Of a stretch of 64,000 nucleotides of DNA, positions 30,975-41,969 are shown piece by piece. Each line of letters begins with the position of its first letter. Positions within the stretch are counted from its first letter, which is position 1. Where the stretch lies: contig JAXMNT010000004.1 of NCBI GenBank assembly GCA_034670305.1, positions 160,001 to 224,000 on the forward strand, read 5' to 3'. A model generated the notes under the pieces. It worked only from the letters and a program-made list of their open reading frames with translations, was not told where the DNA came from and did not search any database. This stretch comes from Deltaproteobacteria bacterium. GTDB taxonomy: Bacteria; Myxococcota_A; Polyangia; Polyangiales; Houyiibacteriaceae. A program made the translations under genes and the position numbers.

Positions 30975-31012
30975 CTACGGGCCTGGCTCGCTTCGCGAGA
31001 CTGGCGGCCCTA
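30975..31012. repeat. 38-bp REP-like palindromic repeat, copy 1
   Basis: CTACGGGCCTGGCTCGCTTCGCGAGACTGGCGGCCCTA. Confidence 0.95.
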
Positions 31013-31125
31013 AGTCGCGCCCGTCGCTGCCTGCACGTGCTCGCCGCCCATTCTCTGGTGCGGTGAAGAAGCACTTGGTGACATCGGCGGCTGCGCGCGT
31101 CCAGGCGCTCCTCAAGGCGCTCTGT

Positions 31126-31188
31126 GTTCACTTGGAAGTGTACCAGTTGCTCGGCCTGCGGCCTGCGCAGGTACACTTATCGGTGAGC
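31126..31188. other. Long imperfect hairpin between the two 38-bp repeats (possible ncRNA or MITE core)
   Basis: GTTCAC..AAGTGTACC..GGCC-TGC-GGCC..GGTACACTT..GTGAGC. Confidence 0.55.
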
Positions 31189-31202
31189 TTCTCTCTTGCC
31201 AC

Positions 31203-31240
31203 CTACGGGCCTGGCTCGCTTCGCGAGACTGGCGGCCCTA
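31203..31240. repeat. 38-bp REP-like palindromic repeat, copy 2 (identical direct repeat)
   Basis: Identical to 30975-31012; contains the TAG stop of the adjacent gene. Confidence 0.95.
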
Positions 31241-32515
31241 GTTGCTGGTGGTGTGCATCTCGATCACGGGGCCGCCGAGCTCCGGGACTCGGGCCGGGTC
31301 GGTTGCGAGGGCGTGCACGCGGACCAGCGCGAACCCGTCGACATCTGGGTGTCCGTCGACTGGGAAGTGGCCGTCTCCGGGCACGTCGAGCGCTGCACCG
31401 TCGAGCGGGCACAGCCGCATCACCCGCTCGCTGAACTCCGCACCTTCTCCGCCGTCGAGGATTTGGCTGGGGGGACGGAGCGCGTCGGCGCGTTGGTAGG
31501 CGACCGCCACGAGCGCGCGTCCCACGAGCCCTGCCTGCATGACGTGGGATTCGCCCACGTCGTCGGGGCGGTGCACGCGGAAGCCGGCGCTCGCGCCGCG
31601 GGCGATGGTCTCCACATACGACATCCGTCCGTCGACCCGAACGAAGCAGCCGTCGATGCGGTCGGGATCGTGGGGGACCCGGAGCGCACGCAGACGCCGC
31701 GACCGCGTCATCGCGATGCTGACGAACGCATGGTCGCCTTCGTCGGTCGCGAACCACGGGTCGGCGAGGCCATCGCCGTCGAGATCCAACCCGCCCCCCG
31801 CCAGCTCCTCCATCGAATGGCGGTGCGAGTCGGCGGAGCGCCAGACTCCGTCAAACGAGGCGAGCGCGGTCCAGAGGATGACGCCTTCCTCTTGCGCCAC
31901 ATGAACCACCACCACGAAACGGCCGGGCGCAGGCCCGAAGACCGCATCGACTTCGAAGCCGTCCGGTGCGTTGGCCACGTTCCGGGCCGCAGTCTTCAGC
32001 TCCACGTCGAGATCGTTGGCGTGGGGCTGCACCGCGTCGAGGATCCGGTTTCCATCCGTGGGCCCGACCCGGCCCGCGGCGCCACGCCCGTCCCCCGGCT
32101 CGGTGACCTCGGGCGCGCGCCACGGTTCGACGACCGGTGGGCAAGTCGACGCCATCGGCGCCTGGAACCAGCCCTCGACCGGCCCGAGCACGTGCACCTG
32201 GGCGCCTTCGGCCTCCGCCACGACTTCGGCGCCCGACGCGAGCAGGATCCGCTCCTCCTCGAGGGGAGGCACCTCCGGATCGGGTCGGCCTTCGATCCCG
32301 GCCAGCATCGCGCCATCGACCGGCCCAAGCCGAGTACAGGTCCGGGGGGGTGCGGTCACGGCTGGGGTGGCGGTGGCCACCGGATCGGGCTGAGGCGTGG
32401 CCGGGGGGGTCGCGCCTGAAGCCGGGCCACACCCGCCCAGAATCACGAAAGCGACGCCAAAGGGGCCAAGCGAGCGGCTTGGCGTTCTTCGAAGGAAATC
32501 CAACATCGGCGGCAA
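31238..32515 (-). CDS. Hypothetical lipoprotein
   Basis: Lipobox LGGC followed by a Pro/Thr-rich linker; DLDGDGLAD EF-hand-like/FG-GAP-like motif. Confidence 0.7.
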   Translation of the reverse strand: MPPMLDFLRRTPSRSLGPFGVAFVILGGCGPASGATPPATPQPDPVATATPAVTAPPRTCTRLGPVDGAMLAGIEGRPDPEVPPLEEERILLASGAEVVAEAEGAQVHVLGPVEGWFQAPMASTCPPVVEPWRAPEVTEPGDGRGAAGRVGPTDGNRILDAVQPHANDLDVELKTAARNVANAPDGFEVDAVFGPAPGRFVVVVHVAQEEGVILWTALASFDGVWRSADSHRHSMEELAGGGLDLDGDGLADPWFATDEGDHAFVSIAMTRSRRLRALRVPHDPDRIDGCFVRVDGRMSYVETIARGASAGFRVHRPDDVGESHVMQAGLVGRALVAVAYQRADALRPPSQILDGGEGAEFSERVMRLCPLDGAALDVPGDGHFPVDGHPDVDGFALVRVHALATDPARVPELGGPVIEMHTTSN

Positions 32516-32601
32516 TGTCCCCCGCGGGGGGCTCCAGGATCAAGGGGCCGTGTTGCACGGTGTCGAACCGGCGTGCTACCTCGCCGTTCCCCTACAAACG
32601 C

Positions 32602-34227
<1,626 letters not shown>

Positions 34228-34235
34228 GAGGCACG

Positions 34236-35699
34236 ATGCAGATGCGGCGTACGTTCAACGTGTGGGGGAGCGCCTTGCTGGCGCTGGCGACGACTGTGGC
34301 GACGACGGGATGTGTGGAGCGTTCGCGCGAACTCACCCGCACCGAGCGCGAACAACTCGCGCAGTACGTCTCGGAGACGGCGACGACGCCGCAGCACGAG
34401 CTCGACATCTCGTTCGAGGACAAGGTCTTCCTGGTCGGCTACGACCTGAGCAGCGAGACGTGGACCCCGGGCCAAGAGATGACCATCACCTGGCACTGGC
34501 GCGTCGAACGCGCGCTCGAAGACGGCTGGAACCTCTTCACCCACGTGGCCGATGCGAACGACTCGAGCCGGCTCAACGAAGACGGCACCGGCATCGTGCG
34601 CGAGCTCTACCCGCCGGGCCGCTGGAAGGCCGGCGAGCACATTCGGGACCCGCAGCCGATCACGCTGCCCGCCGACTGGAGCGCACCGCAAGCGGTGGTC
34701 TACCTCGGCCTGTGGAACGGGCCGCACCGCCTGCGCATCACGCGCGGTGCGAACGATGGAGACAACCGCGCGCGCGCCGCCTCGATCCCGACCGGCGTGA
34801 GCGCCGCCAACACCAACCGTGCCCCGACCGCGCCGCAGGTTCCGTCGGTCGTCGCCAACGCAGTGGCGGACAGCGCCATCACGCTCGACGGCAACCTCGA
34901 CGAGCCGGCGTGGGTCGCCGCGACTGCGACGAGCCCCTTCGTCAACACCATGAGCGGCGGAGCGGCCGAGTTCCGCGCGACCGCGAAGGTGCTCTTCGGC
35001 GACGAACACCTGTACGTCGGATTCGTGGTCGACGACGACTTCCTCAAGAGTGAGTTCACCGACCGGGACGACCATCTGTGGGAAGCGGACTGCGTCGAGA
35101 TCATGGTCGACCCGGACGGCGACGGCCGGAACTACTTCGAACTCCAAGTGAACCCGCGCAACGCCGCGTTCGACACGCGCTACGACAGCCGCCGCAACCC
35201 CGGCCCGATCGGCCACGACGACTGGGACAGCGGCATCCGCTCGGCCGTTCAGGTGCGCGGCACGATCGACGACGACGAAGAAGACCAGGGCTACACGGTC
35301 GAGATCGCGATTCCTTGGACCGGCTTCGCGCAGGGCACACCGCCCGCGACCAAACCGAGCGCCGGCGATCACTGGCGCGTGAACTTCTACGTGATGGACT
35401 CTCGTGAAGAAGGCCAGCGCGCCGCCGGTTGGTCCGCGCCCCGCGTCGGCGACTTCCACGTGCCGGCCCGCTTCGGCCGCGTGAACTTCGGCACCCCGAC
35501 CGCCGCCGCGCCCACCGCCGCGCCCACCGCCGCGCCTGCCGCCGCCGGCCCCGCAGGCACGCCCATGCTCGCCCCCCAAGTCCAGCGCGCCCTCCAAGCC
35601 GTCCGCGCCCGCGAAGGCCAACTCCGCCAAAACGCCCTCGACCCCGACCGCGCCGCCCCCGGCGAGACGATTCGAAACGTCCCGACCGCGATGGAGTAG
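34236..35699 (+). CDS. Lipoprotein with carbohydrate-binding family 9-like (DOMON) domain
   Basis: ITLDGNLDEPAW, LWEADCVEIMVDP..YFELQVNP, YTVEIAIPW and WRVNFY. Confidence 0.85.
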   Translation: MQMRRTFNVWGSALLALATTVATTGCVERSRELTRTEREQLAQYVSETATTPQHELDISFEDKVFLVGYDLSSETWTPGQEMTITWHWRVERALEDGWNLFTHVADANDSSRLNEDGTGIVRELYPPGRWKAGEHIRDPQPITLPADWSAPQAVVYLGLWNGPHRLRITRGANDGDNRARAASIPTGVSAANTNRAPTAPQVPSVVANAVADSAITLDGNLDEPAWVAATATSPFVNTMSGGAAEFRATAKVLFGDEHLYVGFVVDDDFLKSEFTDRDDHLWEADCVEIMVDPDGDGRNYFELQVNPRNAAFDTRYDSRRNPGPIGHDDWDSGIRSAVQVRGTIDDDEEDQGYTVEIAIPWTGFAQGTPPATKPSAGDHWRVNFYVMDSREEGQRAAGWSAPRVGDFHVPARFGRVNFGTPTAAAPTAAPTAAPAAAGPAGTPMLAPQVQRALQAVRAREGQLRQNALDPDRAAPGETIRNVPTAME

Positions 35700-35716
35700 C
35701 GACCCCGCGCGCGGCC

Positions 35717-36058
35717 GGATTCGGATTCGGATTCGGATTCGGACACCGAGGGCAAGGGCACGGGCAAGGGCAAGGGCAAGGGAGCTGCGGCATCCTCTCC
35801 TTCGGATTCGGATTCGGATTCGGATTCGGATTCGGATTCGGCTTCGGCTTCGGATTCGGCTTCGGGATCGGCTTCGGCATCGGCTTCGGCTTCGGCTTCG
35901 GCTTCGGCTTCGGTAGCAGCAGCAGCCGCAGAATCAGCCGCAGAATCAGCAGCAGAATCAGCAGCAGAACCAGCAGCAGAATCAGCAGCAGAACCAGCCG
36001 CAGAATCAGCAGCAGAATCAGCAGCAGAATCAGCAGCAGAATCAGCAGCAGAATCAGC
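35717..36058. repeat. Compound array: (GGATTC)n, (GGGCAA)n, (GGCTTC)n and 12-mer AGCAGAATCAGC
   Basis: Convergent spacer; the last unit overlaps the TGA stop of the gene at 36054. Confidence 0.96.
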
Positions 36059-37457
36059 GCGGCGAGTCGCGCCGGTCCAGCCACACGTAGTGGTAGCCGT
36101 CTGTGTAGCGGATGGTCTCGCGGTAGACGTAGTGGCGGCGCACGTACGCCGAGGCGGCGAGTCTTCGCTCCACTGGGTAGCCGGCCAGACGGGTCAACCG
36201 CCCTTCCGAGTCGACGGTCGGCGGAACGGCGCTGTGCAGCAGGATCACCTCGGGTGCTTCCTCCGCGAGCCAGCCGATGGGCACGTCCTTGTCGAGGTGT
36301 CCGCCGGGCGCATGTGCGACCACCGGCTCGGTGATGCCGCCGAGATCCAGGACCCGCACATCGGAGTCCCAGGTGAAGTAGCCGATGTCGACGAGCGCCA
36401 CCGAACGCAGTCCGCGCACCTGAGCGCGGAGCGCCAACGCATCCGAGCGCGCCTCGCCCGCGTCGCGCACGTGCGGCAGTTGCAGCCACGCGTCTCCGAT
36501 CCCAGCGCACACGACCCACGCGCAGAATACGAAGCGCAACGCAGGCGACGCGGGCAGTGCACGCACCCCGCGCGCGACGAGCCACGCATACGCGGGCAGG
36601 AGCGGCGCGAAGAGCCGCCACCCGGGCATCCAGTCGCCGCCAGCCAGTGCGACCGTGGCGAGGTGCACCAAACACGCGAGCACGAGACCCCGCGCGTCGC
36701 CGCCGGTGCGCCACGCCAGCGCCGCCACGCCCACCCCGACCCCACCGGTGAGGAACATCAGGCCGTAGAACACATACTGCGCGCCAGCGCCTGCGTCGCC
36801 GGCCTTGGCGAACATCGGGAGCGGAAAAACCGACTCGAACAGCGCGAGGCGGAACCCGACCAGCAGCACCGCCGGCACGAGCGCGCCGATCCACGCGACC
36901 CGTGATCGTTTCGCGATCAGCAGCAGCAGCGCGAACGGCGCGAGCTCGGGGCGAAGCCAACCGGCGAGTCCGAGTGCGACGCCCATCGCGATCGCGTCGC
37001 GGCGTTCCCGCCCGGCGTAGCCCACGACGGCCACCGAGGTCGCCAGCACCGCGCCGCCGGTCTCGAGTCCTGCGCCGCCCCAGATGCCGAGGGTGGACTG
37101 GCTCGCGAGCACGAGCGCCGCGAAGGGCGGCGTGTGTCGAGCCAGCCACCAAGCCCCCGTGGCGGCGGCTGCGAGCCCAAAGGCTTTCTGAAACGTCGGT
37201 GCACCGATGCCGGTGAGCTCGCCGAAGGCCGCGGGCAACATCCAGAGAGGGCCGGTGATTCCGTCGGTGGGGGGCCCGTCGATAAAGGTCCATCCAAGGC
37301 CACCGCACAGCCGCTGCGCGTAGCGGCTCACGACGAACGCGTCGTCCACCGTGAAGGGCCACGCGAAGAGCCCCACCCCGATCACCGCGAGCGCGGCCGC
37401 CACCGCACGCCACGCCTGTCGACGGTCTCCGTCCGATCGGTGCGCATCTTTCACCAA
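36054..37457 (-). CDS. GT-C fold membrane glycosyltransferase (AftB/PMT-like)
   Basis: DDAFVVSRYA..L..G.G...G.T.PLW; RPE; GGDWMPGWR; multiple TM segments; DLGGIT. Confidence 0.8.
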   Translation of the reverse strand: MVKDAHRSDGDRRQAWRAVAAALAVIGVGLFAWPFTVDDAFVVSRYAQRLCGGLGWTFIDGPPTDGITGPLWMLPAAFGELTGIGAPTFQKAFGLAAAATGAWWLARHTPPFAALVLASQSTLGIWGGAGLETGGAVLATSVAVVGYAGRERRDAIAMGVALGLAGWLRPELAPFALLLLIAKRSRVAWIGALVPAVLLVGFRLALFESVFPLPMFAKAGDAGAGAQYVFYGLMFLTGGVGVGVAALAWRTGGDARGLVLACLVHLATVALAGGDWMPGWRLFAPLLPAYAWLVARGVRALPASPALRFVFCAWVVCAGIGDAWLQLPHVRDAGEARSDALALRAQVRGLRSVALVDIGYFTWDSDVRVLDLGGITEPVVAHAPGGHLDKDVPIGWLAEEAPEVILLHSAVPPTVDSEGRLTRLAGYPVERRLAASAYVRRHYVYRETIRYTDGYHYVWLDRRDSPR

Positions 37458-37525
37458 CGCGCCGTCATCCCATGCATCGGACCGCCCACCTTGGACTCCG
37501 ACGCGGTCTGGCCCACACTCCGTGG

Positions 37526-38626
37526 GTGCAACCCGCCCGCATCGGCAAATACGTGCTCGAGCAGAAGCTCGGCGAGGGCGCCAACGGCCAAGTCTACGCG
37601 GGGCGCGACTCGGTCTTGGGTCGGCCCGTCGCGCTCAAGTTGCTTCACCCACGGCTGACCAGCGACGCCACGATCCTCGGGCGGTTTCGTTCGGAAGCCG
37701 AAGCCATGGCCCGCTTGAATCACCCGCACGTGCTGACCGTTCACGACTTCGTCGGCGATCGCAACGAATGGGCGATCGTCATGGAGCTCATCGAAGGCGG
37801 CGAGACCCTCGAGTCCGTGCTCGCCCGCGAAGGCAGGCTTCCCCCCGCGCGCGCGGCGGCGCTCCTGCGCGACGTCGCCGATGGCCTGGCCCACGCGCAC
37901 GCGCACGGCATCGTGCACCGCGACATCAAGCCGGCGAACGTGATGGTCACCCACGTGGGCAAGAAGGAGATCGCGAAGCTCACCGACTTCGGCATCGCGC
38001 GGGTGCTCGACCAGCAGCGCCAGACCGCGATGAACACGACGCTCGGCACGCTCTACTACATGTCTCCGGAACAAGCCGGAGACGCCGCGGTGGATGCGCC
38101 GGCCGATCTCTACTCGCTCGGTGTGAGCGCGTTCGAGCTGCTGACCGGCTCGGTCCCGTTCGAATACGACTCGCCGGCGCGGCTCATCCGCGCGCACCTC
38201 GAAGAAGTGCCCCCCCGCGTGTCGACGATCGTGGCCGAGATGCCACCCGAGTTCGACACCTTGGTCGCGCAGATGCTCGCCAAGGATCCCGCGCAGCGAC
38301 CGGCCAGCGCGGAGATGGTCGCGCAATCGCTCGAGCCGCTGATCGAAGCGCGGCCGTCCGGTTCGCCGGCCCACCCGATGGCGTTCGCACCCACCGCCGC
38401 GATGGCCAGCACCCCACCGGCCGCCGCGACCCGCACGGCCGAAGGACAGGCATTCACGCGAGGCGACACCCACCAGCCCGGTCCAGGACAGTCCGGCAGC
38501 GGCGGGTCCACGTCGATGGGTGTGCGCACCGACGAAGACAAACTGGCGCTGAAGATCGCGCTCGGCGTCGTCGTGTTCTTCCTCGTGGTGTGCATCGGCG
38601 GCATGGCGCTCAACTGCGCGCTGTAA
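37526..38626 (+). CDS. Serine/threonine protein kinase, membrane-anchored
   Basis: LGEGANGQVY, VALK, HRDIKPAN, DFGIA and GTLYYMSPEQ; C-terminal TM. Confidence 0.95.
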   Translation: MQPARIGKYVLEQKLGEGANGQVYAGRDSVLGRPVALKLLHPRLTSDATILGRFRSEAEAMARLNHPHVLTVHDFVGDRNEWAIVMELIEGGETLESVLAREGRLPPARAAALLRDVADGLAHAHAHGIVHRDIKPANVMVTHVGKKEIAKLTDFGIARVLDQQRQTAMNTTLGTLYYMSPEQAGDAAVDAPADLYSLGVSAFELLTGSVPFEYDSPARLIRAHLEEVPPRVSTIVAEMPPEFDTLVAQMLAKDPAQRPASAEMVAQSLEPLIEARPSGSPAHPMAFAPTAAMASTPPAAATRTAEGQAFTRGDTHQPGPGQSGSGGSTSMGVRTDEDKLALKIALGVVVFFLVVCIGGMALNCAL

Positions 38627-38674
38627 CGAACCCGTCGCACGTGCACCAGGCCCGTGGTGGGCTTCAGGAAGCGG

Positions 38675-40168
38675 CTATTCGGGGACGCGGCCGCCGTGGC
38701 CGACGATGTGCACGCGGTGCTCTTCGATGCCTTCGACGAACGGATGCGCGACGTCGGGATCGAACTGCGACTTCGAACAGCGCTTGATCTCACTCACCGC
38801 GACTTCGTGCGGCAGCGCTTTGCGGTAGGCGCGGTCGCTGGTCATCGCGTCGTAGGTGTCGGCGACGGAGATGATGCGCGCGATGACGGGGATCTCCTGC
38901 GCCTCGAGCCCAAGTGGGTACCCGCTGCCATCCCACCGTTCGTGGTGCAGATGCACGCCCGGAATCAGCGGATGGAGAAACGAGATCGGTTCCAGGATGT
39001 CGCGGCCGAAATCCGGATGACGTTTGAAGACGTCGTACTCTTCTTGGCTGAGCTTGCCGGGCTTGTTCAGGTTCATCACGCACCCGATCTTGCCGATGTC
39101 GTGCATGAGCGCGGCTTGCCGCACGATCTCCACCGTCTCGTCGTCGAGGCCGAGTTTGATCGCGAGCACCTGCGCGTACCCCGCCACCCGCTCCGAGTGT
39201 CCGGCGGTGTAGCGGTCCATCTTGTCGATGGCGCTCGCGAGTCCGCGAATCGTCTGTTTGAACGTCGACTGCAGGTCTTCGTAGAGGCGGGCGTTCTCGA
39301 TCGCCGCACTGGCGCGATCGGACACGATGCTGAGCAACTTGCGCTGCCCTTCGTCGAATCGGCGGCCCCGGACGTACGAGACGACCGCGAGAAATCCGAT
39401 GACTTCTTTTCGAACCCGGAGCGCCGTGATCAGCACCGCGCTCGGCCGTGGATGGTCGGGCAAGTCCGCGAAGTACTGGAGTGCAGTCTCTCCATGCGCG
39501 CGCAGATGCGGCTCTTCTTCGAAGTGCAAGAGCAACCGCTCCGGGTGCAGCTTCGGCAGTTCGTCGATCGTGAAGCCGAAGTCGTGGGAGACGTCGTTGA
39601 TGCGTTCGAAGAACCCACCCTCGCCGTTCTGCAACATGATGATGACGTGGTCCGCGTTGACCTCGCCGAGCGCGGCTTCGTGCACGGTGCCGAGCACCTG
39701 ATCGAGCGAGAGGCTGGACGCGATGGCTTCGCTGACCTTGTAGAGCGAGAGCGCTTCCTTGAGACGCATGTTCTCAGCGCGCAGCTTCTGCTTCTCGAGT
39801 CCGCGCCGAATCGTGTGCACGACCTCCTCCACCTTGAACGGCTTGAGGATGTAGTCGTACGCCCCGCGCTTCATCGCATCGATGGCGGTCTCGACCGTGC
39901 CGAAGCCGGTCATGATCACGGTGACGACGTGCGGCGTGTGCTTCTGAATCGCCTCGAGCAGTTCCAGTCCGCCCATCTTCGGCATCTTCAGATCGGAGAG
40001 CACGAGGTCGTACCGACTCCGGCTCAACTCGACCAGCGCCTCCGAGCCGTCGGCGGCCGTGCGTACGAGGAAGCCCTCCATCGAGAGAAAATCCGCAAGG
40101 ATCTCTCGGATGACCTGCTCATCGTCCACCACCAGGATGCGTGGAGCTTCGTCGCTGGATTCCGCCAT
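38675..40168 (-). CDS. Response regulator REC-GAF-HD-GYP c-di-GMP phosphodiesterase
   Basis: ILVVDD..DLKMP..KPF receiver; GHSERV, HDIGK and HHERWDGSGYP. Confidence 0.95.
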   Translation of the reverse strand: MAESSDEAPRILVVDDEQVIREILADFLSMEGFLVRTAADGSEALVELSRSRYDLVLSDLKMPKMGGLELLEAIQKHTPHVVTVIMTGFGTVETAIDAMKRGAYDYILKPFKVEEVVHTIRRGLEKQKLRAENMRLKEALSLYKVSEAIASSLSLDQVLGTVHEAALGEVNADHVIIMLQNGEGGFFERINDVSHDFGFTIDELPKLHPERLLLHFEEEPHLRAHGETALQYFADLPDHPRPSAVLITALRVRKEVIGFLAVVSYVRGRRFDEGQRKLLSIVSDRASAAIENARLYEDLQSTFKQTIRGLASAIDKMDRYTAGHSERVAGYAQVLAIKLGLDDETVEIVRQAALMHDIGKIGCVMNLNKPGKLSQEEYDVFKRHPDFGRDILEPISFLHPLIPGVHLHHERWDGSGYPLGLEAQEIPVIARIISVADTYDAMTSDRAYRKALPHEVAVSEIKRCSKSQFDPDVAHPFVEGIEEHRVHIVGHGGRVPE

Positions 40169-40275
40169 TTTCGCTTCTGCAGTTAGTTCTTTCGCACAAC
40201 TGGTGTCAACCATGACCCGCACCCGCGGTGCTGGGGTCGTTTGCCGGTGCGTGGCACACCTGATACGAGCGTTCA

Positions 40276-40923
40276 GTGGTTTCACACATCCGCCGTCGGG
40301 TCCCGCGCCGCATCCTGGTGGCTGGCTTGGCCTACGCCGCGATGACCGCCGCGGGGTTGTTCTGGATGCACGGCCACGCCCCGCAGGCGAGTTGGATCGA
40401 AACAATCTGGCCGGAGGTGACCCGGGGCAGTCAGATCGGACTGTCCCTGGGTGGGGGACTGCTCTTGGCGATGGCCACCATCGCCCTCAGCCGCGTCCTG
40501 GTTCGCCGCACCGCCTGGGCCCAGCGTCTGCACCTCGGGTTTCGGGACATGCTCGGCAACCTCTCGAGCGCCGAGATCGCGTTCTTCGCGATCAGCGCGG
40601 GGATCGCCGAAGAGATTCTATTTCGCGGAGGCATGCTCAATGCGTGGGGCTTCTGGCCAAGTGTCCTGATCTTCGGGCTCGCCCACGTGGCGCCCGACCG
40701 CCGCTTCTGGCCATGGACCGCCTCGGCGATCGTGGCCGGTCTGGCATTCGGCGCGCTGTACGCAGCGACCGGCGAACTCGTGGGGGTCGTGGTGGCGCAC
40801 ATCCTCATCAACTACGAGAACCTGCACTTCGTGCGCAGCTACGACCCGAGCCGCCGCGTGCCACGCACGCCCTCCGCCCCAGGCCTGGTTGGGGATCGGT
40901 TGCGCGTCGGCGGACATTCTTAG
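40276..40923 (+). CDS. CPBP (Abi/CAAX protease-like) intramembrane metalloprotease
   Basis: EEILFRG, FGLAH and AHILIN motifs. Start uncertain (40276 or 40342). Confidence 0.9.
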   Translation: MVSHIRRRVPRRILVAGLAYAAMTAAGLFWMHGHAPQASWIETIWPEVTRGSQIGLSLGGGLLLAMATIALSRVLVRRTAWAQRLHLGFRDMLGNLSSAEIAFFAISAGIAEEILFRGGMLNAWGFWPSVLIFGLAHVAPDRRFWPWTASAIVAGLAFGALYAATGELVGVVVAHILINYENLHFVRSYDPSRRVPRTPSAPGLVGDRLRVGGHS

Positions 40924-41084
40924 CAGGGCCACCGGCCAACGAATCGTCCAAATCCACCATCTTTTTCCAACCCGAACGTGTCCGGGGTACCGCTGCGCAG
41001 GGGTGGCGAGACCCGACCTGGACATCTTGGCAGTTGACTGCGGGTCGCCCGGCTTCCTAGGATTGGGGTCGACCTTGAGGACTT

Positions 41085-41969
41085 TTGGACTCTGACATCA
41101 AAACGCGGGTCACCCCGCTCGACGAGCTCAAGCTCCCGAACAAATCCGGCTCGGACTGTTTGGTCGTCATCTACAGCACCGACTCGCGGCAGTTGGGCAA
41201 ACGGCACGTGCTCGCCTCGCAGCCGGTGTCGCTTGGTCGGGGCAGCGACAACACCATCGTTCTGGAGAACGACAGCGTGTCCCGCCGGCATTGCCGCATC
41301 GAGAAACGTGGGCCTGGCTACCACGTGCAGGACCTGAACTCGACCAACGGCACCTACGTCAACGACGAGCTGATCAGCGACTACCAGCTGCGGCGAGGCG
41401 ACCAGGTCAAAGTCGGCGACACCATCTTCAAGTTCCTCAGTGGCTCCGACATGGAAGCCCAGTACCACGAGACCATCTACAAGATGACGATCGTGGACGG
41501 CCTCACTGGCGTGAACAACAAGCGCTTCCTGCTCGAGACGCTCGAACGGGAGATCCCACGCGCGCGTCGACACGAGCGTCCGCTCACGCTCGTGATGATG
41601 GACATCGACCACTTCAAGAACATCAACGACACCTACGGCCACCTCGCGGGCGACTACGTGCTCAAAGAGCAGGCGCAGCTCGTCAAGAGCCGGCTTCGTC
41701 CAGACGATGTGCTCGGCCGATACGGCGGCGAAGAGTTCGCGATTCTGCTTCCGGAGACGGCGCTCGAGGGCGGGGTCGCCATCGCAGAGGAACTCCGCTC
41801 GATGATCCAGGACCACTCCTTCAGCTTTGAGCAGGAGAAGATCCAAGTGACGATGTCGATGGGTCTCGCGCAACTCGAAGATGGCTGGGACGTGCCGTCG
41901 TTCATCAAACAAGCGGATGAGCGTCTGTACGCGGCCAAGCGCGAAGGCCGCAACCGAGTCTGCTTCTAG
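41085..41969 (+). CDS. FHA-domain diguanylate cyclase (GGDEF)
   Basis: GR..SRRH..DLNSTNGT FHA domain; DIDHFK.IND.YGH..GD, RPDD I-site and GGEEF; GAGGA RBS before TTG. Confidence 0.95.
   Translation: MDSDIKTRVTPLDELKLPNKSGSDCLVVIYSTDSRQLGKRHVLASQPVSLGRGSDNTIVLENDSVSRRHCRIEKRGPGYHVQDLNSTNGTYVNDELISDYQLRRGDQVKVGDTIFKFLSGSDMEAQYHETIYKMTIVDGLTGVNNKRFLLETLEREIPRARRHERPLTLVMMDIDHFKNINDTYGHLAGDYVLKEQAQLVKSRLRPDDVLGRYGGEEFAILLPETALEGGVAIAEELRSMIQDHSFSFEQEKIQVTMSMGLAQLEDGWDVPSFIKQADERLYAAKREGRNRVCF

Noticed and set aside
31013-31202. 6S RNA, SRP RNA (ffh is nearby) or a small ORF
   Set aside because: I could not identify a 6S-type closing stem and central bubble or the SRP GGAA-loop motif, and the ORF 30970..31176 lacks recognisable features. 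An Rfam search is needed.
30975-31240. CRISPR array from the 38-bp palindromic repeats
   Set aside because: Only two adjacent copies, a 190-bp spacer, dispersed solo copies, and no cas genes.
40276-40923. Assignment of the CPBP protease as the MYXO-CTERM sorting enzyme
   Set aside because: The family is large, and the subfamily cannot be assigned without HMM comparison.
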